From Mytilus trossulus (Eukaryota): a stretch of 64,000 nucleotides of DNA. The stretch lies in assembly GCF_036588685.1 (NCBI RefSeq), contig NC_086378.1, forward strand, positions 54,374,001 through 54,438,000. The letters are read 5' to 3'. Below the pieces are notes generated by a model, which did not search any database, was not told the origin of the DNA, and worked only from the letters and a program-made list of their open reading frames with translations. A program made the position numbers and the translations under genes. Each line of letters starts with the position of its first letter. Within the stretch, counting starts at the first letter, position 1. Shown here piece after piece: positions 13,764 through 26,400 of this stretch.

Positions 13764-16700
13764 TAACATTGTGATACTGTGAAATTAACATAAGACTGAT
13801 AGACTTTTCCAATTTGGTCCTATATTTTAATTCTTTAATTTTTTAGGAATACATCTCGTTTCGCATTTTAATCCCTTATATTATTCTTAGTATGTGTCTG
13901 ATTGCTTGTTGAACTATAATGACAGAAAGCATCTGGAACAGTAAGGCTCAGTTTCCGTTTTCTTTGTTTTATACAAAGACAAATTCAGAAAAGTCTATCA
14001 AATTTATCTTATTTTCATAGTATCACAGCTTCATCAGATTCTGCCAATAAAAATATGAAGACGATTTTTTTTAAATTGTCAATTAAATGGTTGAGAACTT
14101 GAAATTATGATATTTTTTTAGTCTGAAAATTTCATCGTAACAAAAAGTAGTTTTAAGGTTTTGGTTTTGAATATTTGAGTGATAGTGAGGAAAATTGACC
14201 CTAACTCTTAGTTAATTCAATTTGGGACTACATGTACATGAAATAATTCAAATTATAGCTGACTATTCGGTATAGGTGTTGCTCATTGTTGAAGACCGTA
14301 CGGTGACCTACAGTTGTAAACTTCTATGTCATCGTCATCTAATCTCTTGTCTAGTTGACGACCATACCACATCATTTAATTTTTCATAGACACAGTATAT
14401 CTATAGACAATAACAGATGTAAAAATAAAATGCAATACTTCATATAATTTTCATACAGATATAGTTGTCAAAATTTACGCTTTACCTATATAAATAATGC
14501 GTTATCATGTGAATATATACTATGTATGTAATACTTATAATTAATGAGAACAGGAAAGAATTTATCATATTAGTTCATACGGTCATACATATTACACAAA
14601 AAGTGAAGTAATGAATTACCAAAAGACTTGAAAGATGCTTTATGTTTCAGGAATAAGATGACTAGTGGATTTTTTTCAATTAATGAGTAGCTGCCAATGT
14701 GAAATTTTCTTATAGTTTTCGGTCATTCATTTTCTCTGCAAGTTATAATGATATATCTTAACCCAAAATCCAAAGATTCTAAATTAGCAAAGTTTTATAA
14801 TATGAACTTGTCTTAAATTTAATTAAATATAGTTTTATAAATCTTAAATAATGGATATAGAAAGATGTGGTGTGAGTGCCAATGAGACAACGCTACATCC
14901 AAATAACAATTTAAAAAAAAAAGTAAGCCTGGTTCATTCTTATAGATTTCCACTTTTATACTACGTACGAGTTTGACGATGTACAATGTTTTCATTTGTA
15001 AAATATATTTCACCTTCACAGTATATTTTGACCACTCGATATGTAAATGTAACTCATAGTTAGTCTGACTTCTGCGAAGAAAAATCCCAACAAACCAAAA
15101 AAGTGTAAAAAAGATGAACATTTTCAAAAATATTCAAATAGATGAAGCACTACCGCAGCAATTGTTAAAATCAGGGGGATCCATTCGGTTTTCCTGTGGT
15201 CAGAGCGGTAAATTTTATAAAAAATAATTCGTGAATTATGTTTGCTCAGGTTAGTCAGAATTGTTTGTTGCAACATTTTTTATTGGGGTTAAAGCCTTAT
15301 AGTTGAATTGTATGGTGAAATATGTACCAGCCTCCATTACTATACGCGGTGCCCCTTTATCCTGTCTCTGGTCCTGTTAGAATTTTCAGTCTAATTCAAC
15401 AAGTAAAAGGTGTTTATAAATGAAAATGTATTATTTGTCTACTTCGAAATCATATATTTTTTTCTTAGTCATTCTTTTATTTTCACGATTCAAATTGGCT
15501 TTAAGTGTATATTCTGCAAAGGGTAAACTTGATAACGGAATTCTTTTGATGTACAGAATATGCAAATTGATGGTTTACACTTTCCCTTAATAATAAACAT
15601 CAGTTTGTCAGATGACCATCGGACGATCTTTTGCACTAATGAACATATGTTTTCACCATGTGAACATATATACATGTTGTAATAATGACCTATATGTGTG
15701 TGTTCCAAATACAATTATTTAAACAAAGATGTAATATCACAAATACTCTGTGCATCTCTATAAATCAAAAGTAAGTTTTTTTAAGACGTAAAAAATAAAT
15801 GATTGCGGTTGATTAATAATAAGGTTAGAGTTAAAAATTAGATTAAGAAATACATTTATCAAATATTTTATGTATCACAAAAGAAACATATTTGTTTAAA
15901 TTAGCATAAACCTTAAATCGAACAATATGACCTAATCATAAATAGTACATGAACATAAAGGTACATACGTTAAAAAAGAGGTTGTGAAGCAGTGCAGATT
16001 GCTTACATTTTGAGTTACACTTACAAGTTCACGTTTTCTTTTGCCGAATAAAAAGTAAAACAAAACAAAAAGTGTGTACTCGGCTGCCAACTAAGCTCCA
16101 TACAGGCAAATAATTTAACATTTAACATAAAGAAGGGAAAAAAAGCATTTTTGTACAACTATCTGCATACAAATAATTTAACATAAAGAAATCGATAGTA
16201 CAAGGTTACCCACTAAGCTCTGTTATATATGAGGTAAATTATTGTCTGCATCCACGATGCTAAATCATAATAAATAATTTAATGACAAAAACGATTTGTT
16301 CGAATGTAAATTGTAAACAATGATTGATAAATTATGACAAGCTAGCTTTATTTTTTGCATCGAAAATGAATTACTTCTACACGTGATAAATGTATCAATT
16401 TTGATGAAATCAGTGTATTGCAAGTCATTTAAAAAAAAACTGTTCCATCACAAACCAGGCTAATTGTATGTATATTTTTTTCTTGCGTGTTGAAGCAGTG
16501 AGTTCATTATATTTGGGTTATGAAAAAACGCAGAAATCAAATATAAAAACGAAATCAAATTTAAAAAAGATCATAGTATACATTTTTTTAGTAAGTATCG
16601 TTTTGTTATATTAGCTTGACATCGTTGAACTATAATTTGCATACTACTTGCCTGTTTATCGAAAATTGGCAGTGAATTCTGATACTTTTTGCGAACGATG

Positions 16701-16885
16701 AACTCATGGTATATTGTTAAAAGCATACAAACGAAAAAACAATTTAAAAATTAAGTTATCTAATTTTACTCTCAGAAAATAATAATTATAGTGTGTTGAT
16801 GGATAACGAACAAAAACGAATTTAAATATTCTAGTGCACTCTCACACTCAGAGTATGTAAGTTTTTAGATTTTAATTTACGTATC

Positions 16886-17014
16886 TCGCAGTTCGCTCAT
16901 TCAGTGTTATAATAGATTTGTTTTCGTAATATTGTATAATGTCTATGTTCTTCGCAGTTCGCTCAGTGTTATAATAGATTTGTTTTCGTAATATTGTATA
17001 ATGTCTATGTTCTT
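16886..17014. repeat. Two-copy tandem duplication, ~62-66 bp unit
   Basis: tcgcagttcgctca..gtgttataatagatttgttttcgtaatattgtataatgtctatgttctt x2. Confidence 0.9.
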
Positions 17015-17969
17015 ATGTGTAGGAATGTATCAGTGTAAATTATATATATAGAGAAATCATTTTCAATAAAAAAAAACATTAAACAAAATTCAGAGAGATT
17101 GTGAGAATGTTATATTGAGAGTTGTACCTAAAATAGCGAAAATATATTAAAAAGTTATCAAAATTTAGACAATAATTGGCTTTTCTGGCATGATACAATG
17201 TTTGTGATCCGTGTTAATTTATTTCTCCCTATTTTAAAATCACCATTGTAGAATTAAGACTTAAGCTAGTTGTTTAGAAATTTCATTAAATGAAATGAAT
17301 TAAATTAAAGCTGTTTAATAAATATACATATATATATATAAACAAGTCTAGTAAATTGAAAACTACGTTCAAACCTATGATTGCGTTGGATAAAAACCGC
17401 AATTTTTATACGTGTGCATGTAAAACAAATTTCGTTGCAGAAGGGTCTAAATACAGCACAAACAAAATTTTCCAAAAGACCAAAAAAGTGAAAAAGTAAA
17501 TTTAGCAAAACGCATTTGACTAACAGGTCAAACAACTGATGTTCTTTAACCACCCTACTGACATTGGATATACCGTATTTACTTTTTAAATGTCGTATAT
17601 TTAAGAAATTATTATATGTGTTATTGTATTTACTTTTGAGGTCATAAGCTAAAATGCCCTATGGTAAGACCTCGATCGGTCACACGGCAGCCCTTTTGTG
17701 TAACAATGTACTTGTTTTTGGTCAATTTGTTTCTTTCCTTAAAATATATGTCAATGATAAAAAAAACAATTGAATAGTATTACATTAGCCTTTCTATCTG
17801 ACAATGTGGACACATTCAATTTCTGTTGTATAAAGTTCCCACGGTAAACAATAATTATATCTCGTGTACAAGTTCTGATTTAGAAATTCTACTTTTTTCG
17901 TTAGACAAACATGTTTGCAGAAAGACTACCCTTCGATCATTTTCATTGACGAAATAAGCTTAAACACAT

Positions 17970-18230
17970 ACTATTTGTCGTTTGTTTATGTTATTTATAC
18001 GTGTTTCTCGTTTCATGTTTTTTTTATATAAATTAGGTCGTTGATTTTCCCGTTTAAATGGTTTTAACCTTAGGCTAGTAATTTTGGGGCCCTTTATAGC
18101 TTGTTGGTCGGTGTGAGGCAAGGCTCCGTGTTGAAGGCCGTACATTGACCTATAATGGTTTACTTTTTTTAATTGTTATTTGAATGCAGAGTTGTCTCAT
18201 TGGCACTCACATCACATCTTCATATATCTA
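17970..18230 (+). repeat. High-copy interspersed repeat family A (ends GTTGTCTCATTGGCA..CATACCACATCTT); related copies at ~260-415, 3225-3420, 4472-4640(-), 9750-9863(-), 14255-14375, 28240-28562, 30057-30450, 61625-61830(-)
   Basis: Recurring motifs gggccctttatagct, gttgaaggccgta, tgacctata, gttgtctcattggca seen by eye on both strands. Confidence 0.85.
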
Positions 18231-18403
18231 TCTATAATAGAGAAAGTAGAGGGAATCGTATCAAGTTGATTTGGATAAAAAAAAAAAGAGTAGTGTCCGT
18301 ATCCATAAAACAACTTAGGTTAAGAAATTCAATCGTTACGGTAGAACTTATTTATCGTTGGACAACATGTAGAAAAAACCGTCCTATCGGAACAAAACAA
18401 ATC

Positions 18404-18517
18404 GTAACCTAGGTATTTGTATGCATACGGGCCATCCATGTAACCTAGGTATTTGTATGCATACGGGACCATCCATGTAACCTAGGTATTTGTATGCATA
18501 CGGGCCATCCATGTAAC
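18404..18517. repeat. Minisatellite, 3 x 36-37 bp
   Basis: gtaacctaggtatttgtatgcatacgggccatccat x3. Confidence 0.92.
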
Positions 18518-19637
18518 ATATCTCTTGTTACATTCTAAACTATTTGACTCAGGTGAACTTAGCAATCACTGACACGATAAATTAGAACGCCACAATTGTC
18601 TTATTGTTTCAAACTCAAAATGTCAGTTTTAAAATTGATTTGTGCTGCATAAAGAGGTTACATTTATCAATATCAAATATATGTATTGACACATATTTAT
18701 GCAAATTGCATCTGTTTTATAGATAAATATAGAACTTTATGTGCGGTTTGTCTACATATTTGATTTACGATGTTTTCATGGCTTCATTAATATATACTGA
18801 CATAGTTTGACAACATAATTTGTAACCGTCAATTCCTATGATCGAAAGTTGATCTGTTCATTATGCATGACCGTCATATCATCTGTTGTCACGTGATTAA
18901 AGTACTGTAATGGTCGACTTCGGATTAGAATAACTTTATCAAAAGTCCAAACTCCCTCAAGCATAGTTGACCTTAGCTGAAAATATTTATCATTTTAAGG
19001 TCACTTTCCATCATTTAGCTCCCAAGATATCTACATATTTCTACATACATGTATCAAGGCCAATATGCATAAGCTACTCAAATGAAGATAAAAAAAATTG
19101 TTCCGAACGGACGAATTTTTCTTCCTATCCAACGATAAGTTATTTAGTTTAAACAATATTTATAAATAAACAATTTCAAGACAAATATTACAATGTTACA
19201 TAAAGTACAAAAATGGGATTTGGAAACAAGTTTGGAAAAACTTTTATAAATCCGTCTCCCTGTTATTTCTCGATTGTATTTTTTTTTAACCTTAGTGGTT
19301 TTATGCATACGGGTCCTTTTGGGCGTCATTGATGAAGGCAATATAAAGAAAAGCGATTCAGGTTTTAGCGTTATTTTCGATTTTAAAATTTAGTCGTGTT
19401 GAAAAAAGGAGTCTTTCATCTAGATATAACACTCTTATGGTGTACGCGTTTTATAATCCAATCTGATTTTGTTTGCATGCGTTAATTAAAGTCATAAGAA
19501 ACGAGTGACCGGTGAAAAATAATGTTCTTCCAATTCTTAAACCAATGCATACAAACATCATAAACTTAGGCCGTGTTCACACCAAACGCTGTGTACAGTG
19601 AACATGTTTACATTTGGTTTAATGTAATGCACACTAA

Positions 19638-21099
19638 GGCCGTGTTCACATTGACCTAAATTCGGTGTTGTGTTAGTGTAACTCACACGTAAACTAAACA
19701 CAATTGCGTTCCCATTGATAAAACTGAATGTTTACATGTAGTTTAAATCATGTTTTACCTACACACAGTCGATAGTCAATGTAGGCCTTGTGTAGGTTAA
19801 GTGTACACAAAACTAGGCAGTTAGGACATTAGTTTTATCGTGTATATATTTAAGGAGGAAAATTCTTTTGAGTAAAGTTGATATTTTGGATAATTATTAG
19901 TTAATTGTCTGAATTTTACAGATTTTTTTTGTTGAAAAAAAAAATTAACGTACTTTATTAACCCCTAATAAAGACTCAAAGCAGCATCATTGCCGAACCC
20001 ATAAGGCAGCAACCAATTGATTTTCGGGGGGGGGGGGGGGGGGGGGGGGGTGGTGAGCTATGGATTTTGTTTTGGAAACAAAAAATGTTTCCAGTTTTTG
20101 GCCCTGAAAAAAAATTGCTAAAATTGATTTCGACTTGTCACTAAAATTTGTCCTGAGAAAAATCAATAGCACACGCCCCTCTCCCCCTCCACAAAAAATG
20201 AAGTAAATAGTTGCTGCCTAATTCATTTGAAAAGGTCTTCCCGAATCGACTTGACGTACACAGAAATATTCGCCACTGGTCTTTACTCAAAAAACGATTC
20301 ACGCACAAATGCATGACCTAAAAAAGTGTGAGGTAAACGATACGTTTGTCTAGTATCTCAGATCCGTTAAATAACACGTAAAATAAATTAAAAAAAACGT
20401 TACCCTATCCCTTTACCAAATACTCCTTCAGGGTTGGAGAAGAAATACCATTTGAAACTAACAGAAAAGATAAAAATGTAGTGATCCCTAATATCTCAAT
20501 CCTTTTTTTTCCGGCGGTAAGCACGCTGTTACAGCTAACGTTTTCTAATGCGTTATCGAGACATCTCTAGTAAATTAAAACTACTGCAAATGATAAAAAT
20601 AGCTTTCATAAAGTAGCAACCACTTAAATTAAAAAAGGGGGAGGGTTATTTTTTTTTATCTGATTCAGATTTTTTTTCGCGCGTACGTTTTTATTCCTTT
20701 TTTTCGATGCTGGTGATCAAATACTTTTTTTTCAATATTTAACACTATAATGTATGGGGAAACTCTTGATTCAGAATATTTTTTTTATCATCTGTATGAC
20801 CATTTTTTTTTTTTTTTATCAAATTGGGGATAGGAATATTTCCATTCCCATCCCCCATCCCCCTTTTGAAGTCAAATGGTTGTTCCCTTACCGCTAGAAA
20901 AATTTTCCAAAAATTTGAATTCAGTTCTACGTAATGAACATTTAAATGACATATAGTTTACAAGTGGGAACAAATCTTATGTACAGGTAGCTAAACAAGG
21001 TGTATAGATGTGAACAAATGTAATGTGAAACCAGTGTACACTACACTAAACTAATTGTAAACATGTTTACTCTACACGGCGTTTGGTGTGAACACGGCC
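19638..21099. mobile_element. Inner, oppositely oriented copy of the same Harbinger-like element
   Basis: GGCCGTGTTCACA TIRs with perfect TAA TSD (19635-37, 21100-02). Removing it rejoins the outer element's end sequence. Confidence 0.8.
20003..20221. mobile_element. Small MITE (TIR ~GGCAGCAACCA.TT, poly-G tract) nested in the Harbinger-like element
   Basis: taaggcagcaacc ... agttgctgcctaa inverted ends; inverted counterpart at ~21565-21830. Confidence 0.6.
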
Positions 21100-23420
21100 T
21101 AATTTCACATTAAATTTGTTCACATCTATACACCTTGGTTAGATACCTGTACATAAGATTTGTTCACACTTGTAAAGTATATGTCATTTAAATGTTCATT
21201 ACGTAGAACAGAATTCAAATTTTCCAACAACTTTTCTAGCAGTTAGGGAACGACCATTTGACTTTAAAAAAAGGGGGGTTGATTTTACTGCAATTTGATT
21301 TAAAAACATGGGGCCATACAGAAGATTAGAATGAACAAATGATCTGAACCCATACATTATAGTGCCAAATTTTGAATCGGTACCATAGAAAGAAAAAAAA
21401 AATATAAACTTTCGCCCGAGAAAAAAATCTGACTCAGATGTCTCGATTACGCATTGAAAACGTAGGCTGCATCAGTTTGCTTACTAGAATTGCGATGTTA
21501 AGGATCACTACATTTTTCTCTTTTCTGTTTGTTTCAAATGGTATTTTTTTCTCCAAGAAGTATTTGGGCAGCAACCATTTGATTTTCTGGAGGTGGGAGG
21601 GGGGAAGGGGGGGGGGGGGGGGGGGGGGGCTATGGATTTTTTTTCTGGACAATATTTTTTTTTGTCGACAATTCAAAACATTTTTTGTTCTTTCAATTTT
21701 AGCATAAAATATAGTGGCAGCTCAGGGTGAAACAAACAATTTTCTTTTTCATTTTTCAGGGTCAAAAACAAATTATATTTTTCTCCAAAAATTAGAAACA
21801 AACTTTTTTTCCAAAACAAATCCATAGCCCATAGTGTTATTAGTATCAATTTTATATAAAAATCGCTTCTTTTTTTAAATATACATGAGAAAATTAAAGT
21901 TCTGAATGCCTAGTTTAGTGTACACTTAACCTACACAAGGCCTACATCGACTATCGACTGCATGTAGACAAAACATGATTTACACTACATGTAAACATTG
22001 AGTTTTATCAATGAGAACGTGATTATGTTTAGTTTATGTGTGAGTTACACTAACACAACACCGAGTTTAGGTCAATGTGAACACGGCCTAAGTCATCTGT
22101 GCTCGAATTTATCATTTTTTTCGTGTAAATTTCGTATAATCGTCATTTTTTTTCAATCGGTCAGTGTTGTTGTGAAAATATGGCAGGTAATTAAAGTTCG
22201 TGTTTTGAAGCCGAAGTTTAACGATTGTCACCTGTTTGTCAACAATTGACGAAAAATAAACAAAAAAGCATGGAAATTGAGCACGTGTTTAACATGGAAA
22301 TTCAGATAATAGTTTATTTTAAGGACATCCATGCGTATTGTGGTCACCGGATTTTTACGAGATGGGTCACACTGAGGTCACCTTGCATACGGAAAATATA
22401 TCGGGGGAATTGCTTGCTGGAAGGAAGCAATTCAAATAAAGTAAACTTCTTCTAAATATGAATAATTAAAGAATTTTCGTCAGAAAAAAATATATGTACA
22501 TAAGTTTTACAATAAAATCTATCCATTGAGTTATAAAAAACATATGCATTATTTTTTTTGGATTTGAGGTTTCTTATGACTTTAAATACACATCGTTTAG
22601 ACAAAGGGTTTGTCATTGTATTACGTATGTCTTTGTTATTATAATTCGTTTCAAAAAATATTAAATAAATGATGCCACACAAAAGCTCGTTTGTCTTACA
22701 GCCTAGTTTATCATTAAGGAAAGTCAAAGTTCAGTTTCATATTTATATTCCTCCATAAATTGTGGAGCACCACTACCCTAGAGGGTATCGTTTTTAAAAT
22801 CTAAATGTACACCTGCTTAACATGAAAATAAAAAAAATACCCACATCTTTCCAAAATGAGATATGTTATATGTAAAACTTGAGTTGCTTTTAAGAGTTAT
22901 TATACCTAAAAGTTAAGAACGATACATTGTGTTACAAAGTTGTGCACGTCACATAAATAGGACATGGGCATTATTTATAGGTGCTAAACTTTAAGAAAAC
23001 AAATTTTGTATATTTTGTGAAATTAATGTATTTCTAAATTATTTTTTTTTTTTTATCTGGTGCAGTTTTTAGTCATAGACAGCTGATACAAATTTTTAAA
23101 CATAAAATCATGGTATGTGCAACCTTGAATGAATGATAACCATCTCTAAACACTATCTAAATTTTTTTTTATAAATATTACGAAAGCCATTGATGTACAT
23201 TTAGAGTAAGTTAAAAGAAAGTCAGAACCAGAGAGAAACTACATGATAATTTATTGTCATCGGAAAACATAAATATAATTTACAAATCCATTACTTTTCT
23301 AAATATGGACTTTTATCAGACGAACATAATTTGTTATTTTCTAAATATAGTAACAATGAAAAATCATATGCTAAGTATAAACCACATAATGTGACATGTT
23401 TTATTTGTTTTATTTCAGTG

Positions 23421-23496
23421 ATGACGATCTCCCCGGTGATTTTGACCCTTGTCTCCATCCTGATACACTCAACTTTACAGTCCCAAAATGAAGATG
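23421..23496 (+). CDS. Laccase first coding exon: signal peptide [25 protein letters not shown]
   Basis: Pyrimidine tract + tttcAG (23417-18), ATG 2 nt later, hydrophobic core, donor G|GTGAGT at 23497. Its phase 1 matches the acceptor at 32762 (G+AT=Asp). Linkage across the 9.3-kb intron is inferred. Confidence 0.72.
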
Positions 23497-26400
23497 GTGA
23501 GTTGACAAAAGTAAAATCACAAAACAAGTTAGATCCGGGGAAAATTGAATACGGAAGTCTGTAATAAAATGTCAAAATCAAAAGCTCAATTACATCAAAC
23601 GATTGAATAGATAACACCGGTCATATTCCTGACTTGGTACAGACATTTTCCTTTGTAGAAAATGGTGGATTACACTTGGTTTTATAGCTAGATAAACCTC
23701 TTACTTTTATGATAGTTGCATCACATGTTGCTTGTTTAATACATTTTTGTACAGTTTGGCCCTGAATTGCTTAATATCAAAACGTATTTCCATTATCCTA
23801 TACTAGTTCTCAATAGACCGAGACAATATATGAAGAATACCCTTTAAATATATTTGTCAAACGCTACTTGCTAGTAAAATCCCAATTATGTTCGGGTAAA
23901 CCTTTACCTAATATCTTAATTCCGCAACATTTTATGACAATAGTTTTCGCGCTTGTTTCCAAGTCAGGAGCCTGTACTCAAATGAATGCCGTTAGATGCA
24001 GGCTATCATATTTGTATTTCGTTCATTGTCACATTATTCAGGTCTTCGTTTCTGGTTTAAATTGTTAACATTTTTTCATGAGGATGCGATTTTTTTTAGT
24101 TTAAAGTGTTTAATCTGGTGTCGGTTTTGCTCAATGTTGACGTCCACGAGTCGTACGGGGAAATTTAGTTGTTCACACCTACGTTGGTTTTTAGTGTATA
24201 TTTGTCTAATTGGCAATCATACCACATCTTAAAATATTAGAAGTTGGTAGAAATTGGCCTGCATACACAACCGAAGTGTTGCAAATAAAAAAATAAAAAA
24301 AAATAAAAACCCTACCATCTGCCTTACAAGGAAGCATACTATGGCTATGTTATTTTTTGTTGTAATTAGATTATAATGATGATACAAAGAATTAACTCTT
24401 CCATTTTTTCTAAATTGTTATGCTCACTATATACCTTCAATCAACCCCTATCTAAAAATAGAATCAAATCACTTTGTGCGCGTTAAAACGGAATTAGTGG
24501 CCGACATCTTTAATGTTCCTATTTATCAAGTGTCAGTCAAATTTGTTAACAATTTGCATCCTAGCATTATAATTAAGCTATATTGTATCAAGGTACATAT
24601 AGTTCGATTTGTTTTGGCATCTGCTGAATATGCATGGCTAATTTGCATATCAGGAATTAAGCAACCAAGAATCAATCAATTCACAGTTAGAAGCCGACTC
24701 CAAAAAAGATTCAAACAGAACGTTATGAGGTAATCGTCACCAAGACAGATACCGCTATTAACCAAAAATATAACACCAAAGCCCAGCAGGCGAGTATGCT
24801 ATAAACGAAAGCCTTGATCACATGGTCTGATACAAGTGTGGAGGTCAGCAGCTTATTCAGGTCCTACACGGACAAATATAATGCCTAGTTGTAAATCAAT
24901 TGTCAGCACCTGACAGGCCAATAATCGAATGTCAACTTTGATAGTCACACAGAGAAAGTTAGGCTGACAATAATAAATGATAAACTGACTTCCCGGTTTT
25001 CATTATCGTGTTAATATTTTGTTACTACAACCGCATTTGTTATTTAAATCTTTTATAGACATGTATAATATTACTCACCAAAAGTCATTCAACTTTTAAT
25101 TCAGTAAGACATAAATGTTCACACTTATACATTTTTATTATTATTTTTTAAGACCAAAGCTATTTTTAATCTTTTCTTTTTGTTTTACTGTTTCATCTGT
25201 CATTTGCTTGTTTAAAATGTGTGTTTTATTTGCTGGTTATGGTCAGTTAATGCTTCTTTTGGTTGTTTGTTTGTTTTATTTATTCTTTATTTACAAGATT
25301 GATCGTTTATATAAATATACAGCGTTAATTTCCATTGTTTAACGAGAGCGTACATTTTAAATGAATAAAATGAATGAAAACTACGGTTCCTAGTTTGTGC
25401 ATTGTGATAAAAAGTTCGTATGTATAATTACTTTCATTTGTTACTTACTCTGTCTTGTATTGTTCTCGTCGTAGTATTGCAAATATTCAATTTCATGACT
25501 GCATCAAGTGTTTCTATCAGTTTACCATAGTGATATCACATGGTAAGGTTAGAAATTAATGGTAAACCCTAGTTTTAAGATCCGATTTTCGATTAACAGT
25601 GGTAAGGTAATCGTTGCAAAAAATCCTAATCAAACTTTTGTGAAAGACGTTTTAACTTTGAATTGTTGCGAGAGTTTATGTTCTATGTTGAAGGCACTTG
25701 CATATAGTGACCTGAAATACAAGTACTGTTCTATTGAGTTTAGATACATGTCTTCTGTTTCTGTCCCTGACCTATGTTTGCTGTATTCGGCACGTGTAGT
25801 GCATCATGCCATGAGACATTGATACGTTATGAAATTTCGTGCAGGACTGCTTTGTGGTTTTTTTTTTTGGCATGGAACTCCTGACCAGACTATGACTTTT
25901 TGACTCTTGACCTATGCAGTGTGGGTGTATCATCATGACACAGTGTGTTCCTTTGTATATTTACCTGACCTAGAAGTATAATTCTAAATTGACCTTACTT
26001 CTGAATATGTAGCATGAAGATGTGTTGTCATAAGATGGCGAGTCTTGTGGCACGAGAAACTTTATATGATCTTGACCTTTGCCCTCATTGTACAACTTGT
26101 ATATTCTGTTTGAAGTATATGGAGAATCGTCTGATTGCACTCATATCTAATATTTTTATATCTATTTAGATATATTTGTATATTTTTAATTGTAAGATCC
26201 GTTTTATGTATTGGAGTTTGAACTAGTACACATTTTGTTAAGGGGCCATCTGAAGTCCGCCGCCGGGCGAGGGATTTTCTCACTTTATTAAAAACCCATT
26301 GGTGACCTTTGACTGCTTTTTGCTTTTTTGTCATATTACTGTCTCTTAAACACATTTCACATTTCCATTCTCAATTTTTGATATGAAGAATGTTTTGATC

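Larger units (their letters stand above)
19569..22088. mobile_element. Non-autonomous PIF/Harbinger-like DNA transposon (outer copy), TIR GGCCGTGTTCACA
   Basis: 13-bp TIRs at 19569 and 22076-22088, flanked by TTA/TAA; interrupted by an inverted copy of the same family. Confidence 0.75.

Noticed and set aside
16835-16841. Metal-response-element core TGCACTC upstream of the laccase
   Set aside because: A single degenerate 7-mer is expected roughly ten times by chance in 64 kb; no cluster and no known transcription start.
18404-18517. 36-37-bp repeats as a CRISPR array
   Set aside because: Units are directly adjacent with no unique spacers; eukaryotic context and no cas genes.
181-19341. Numerous 60-110-aa ORFs in the track
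   Set aside because: F/I/L/K/Y-biased composition typical of random AT-rich DNA, many overlap interspersed repeats, and none shows a domain signature.
19987-21707. Poly-Pro/poly-Gly ORFs and G-quadruplex-like poly-G tracts
   Set aside because: These are translations of G/C homopolymers inside MITEs, and homopolymer lengths are unreliable.
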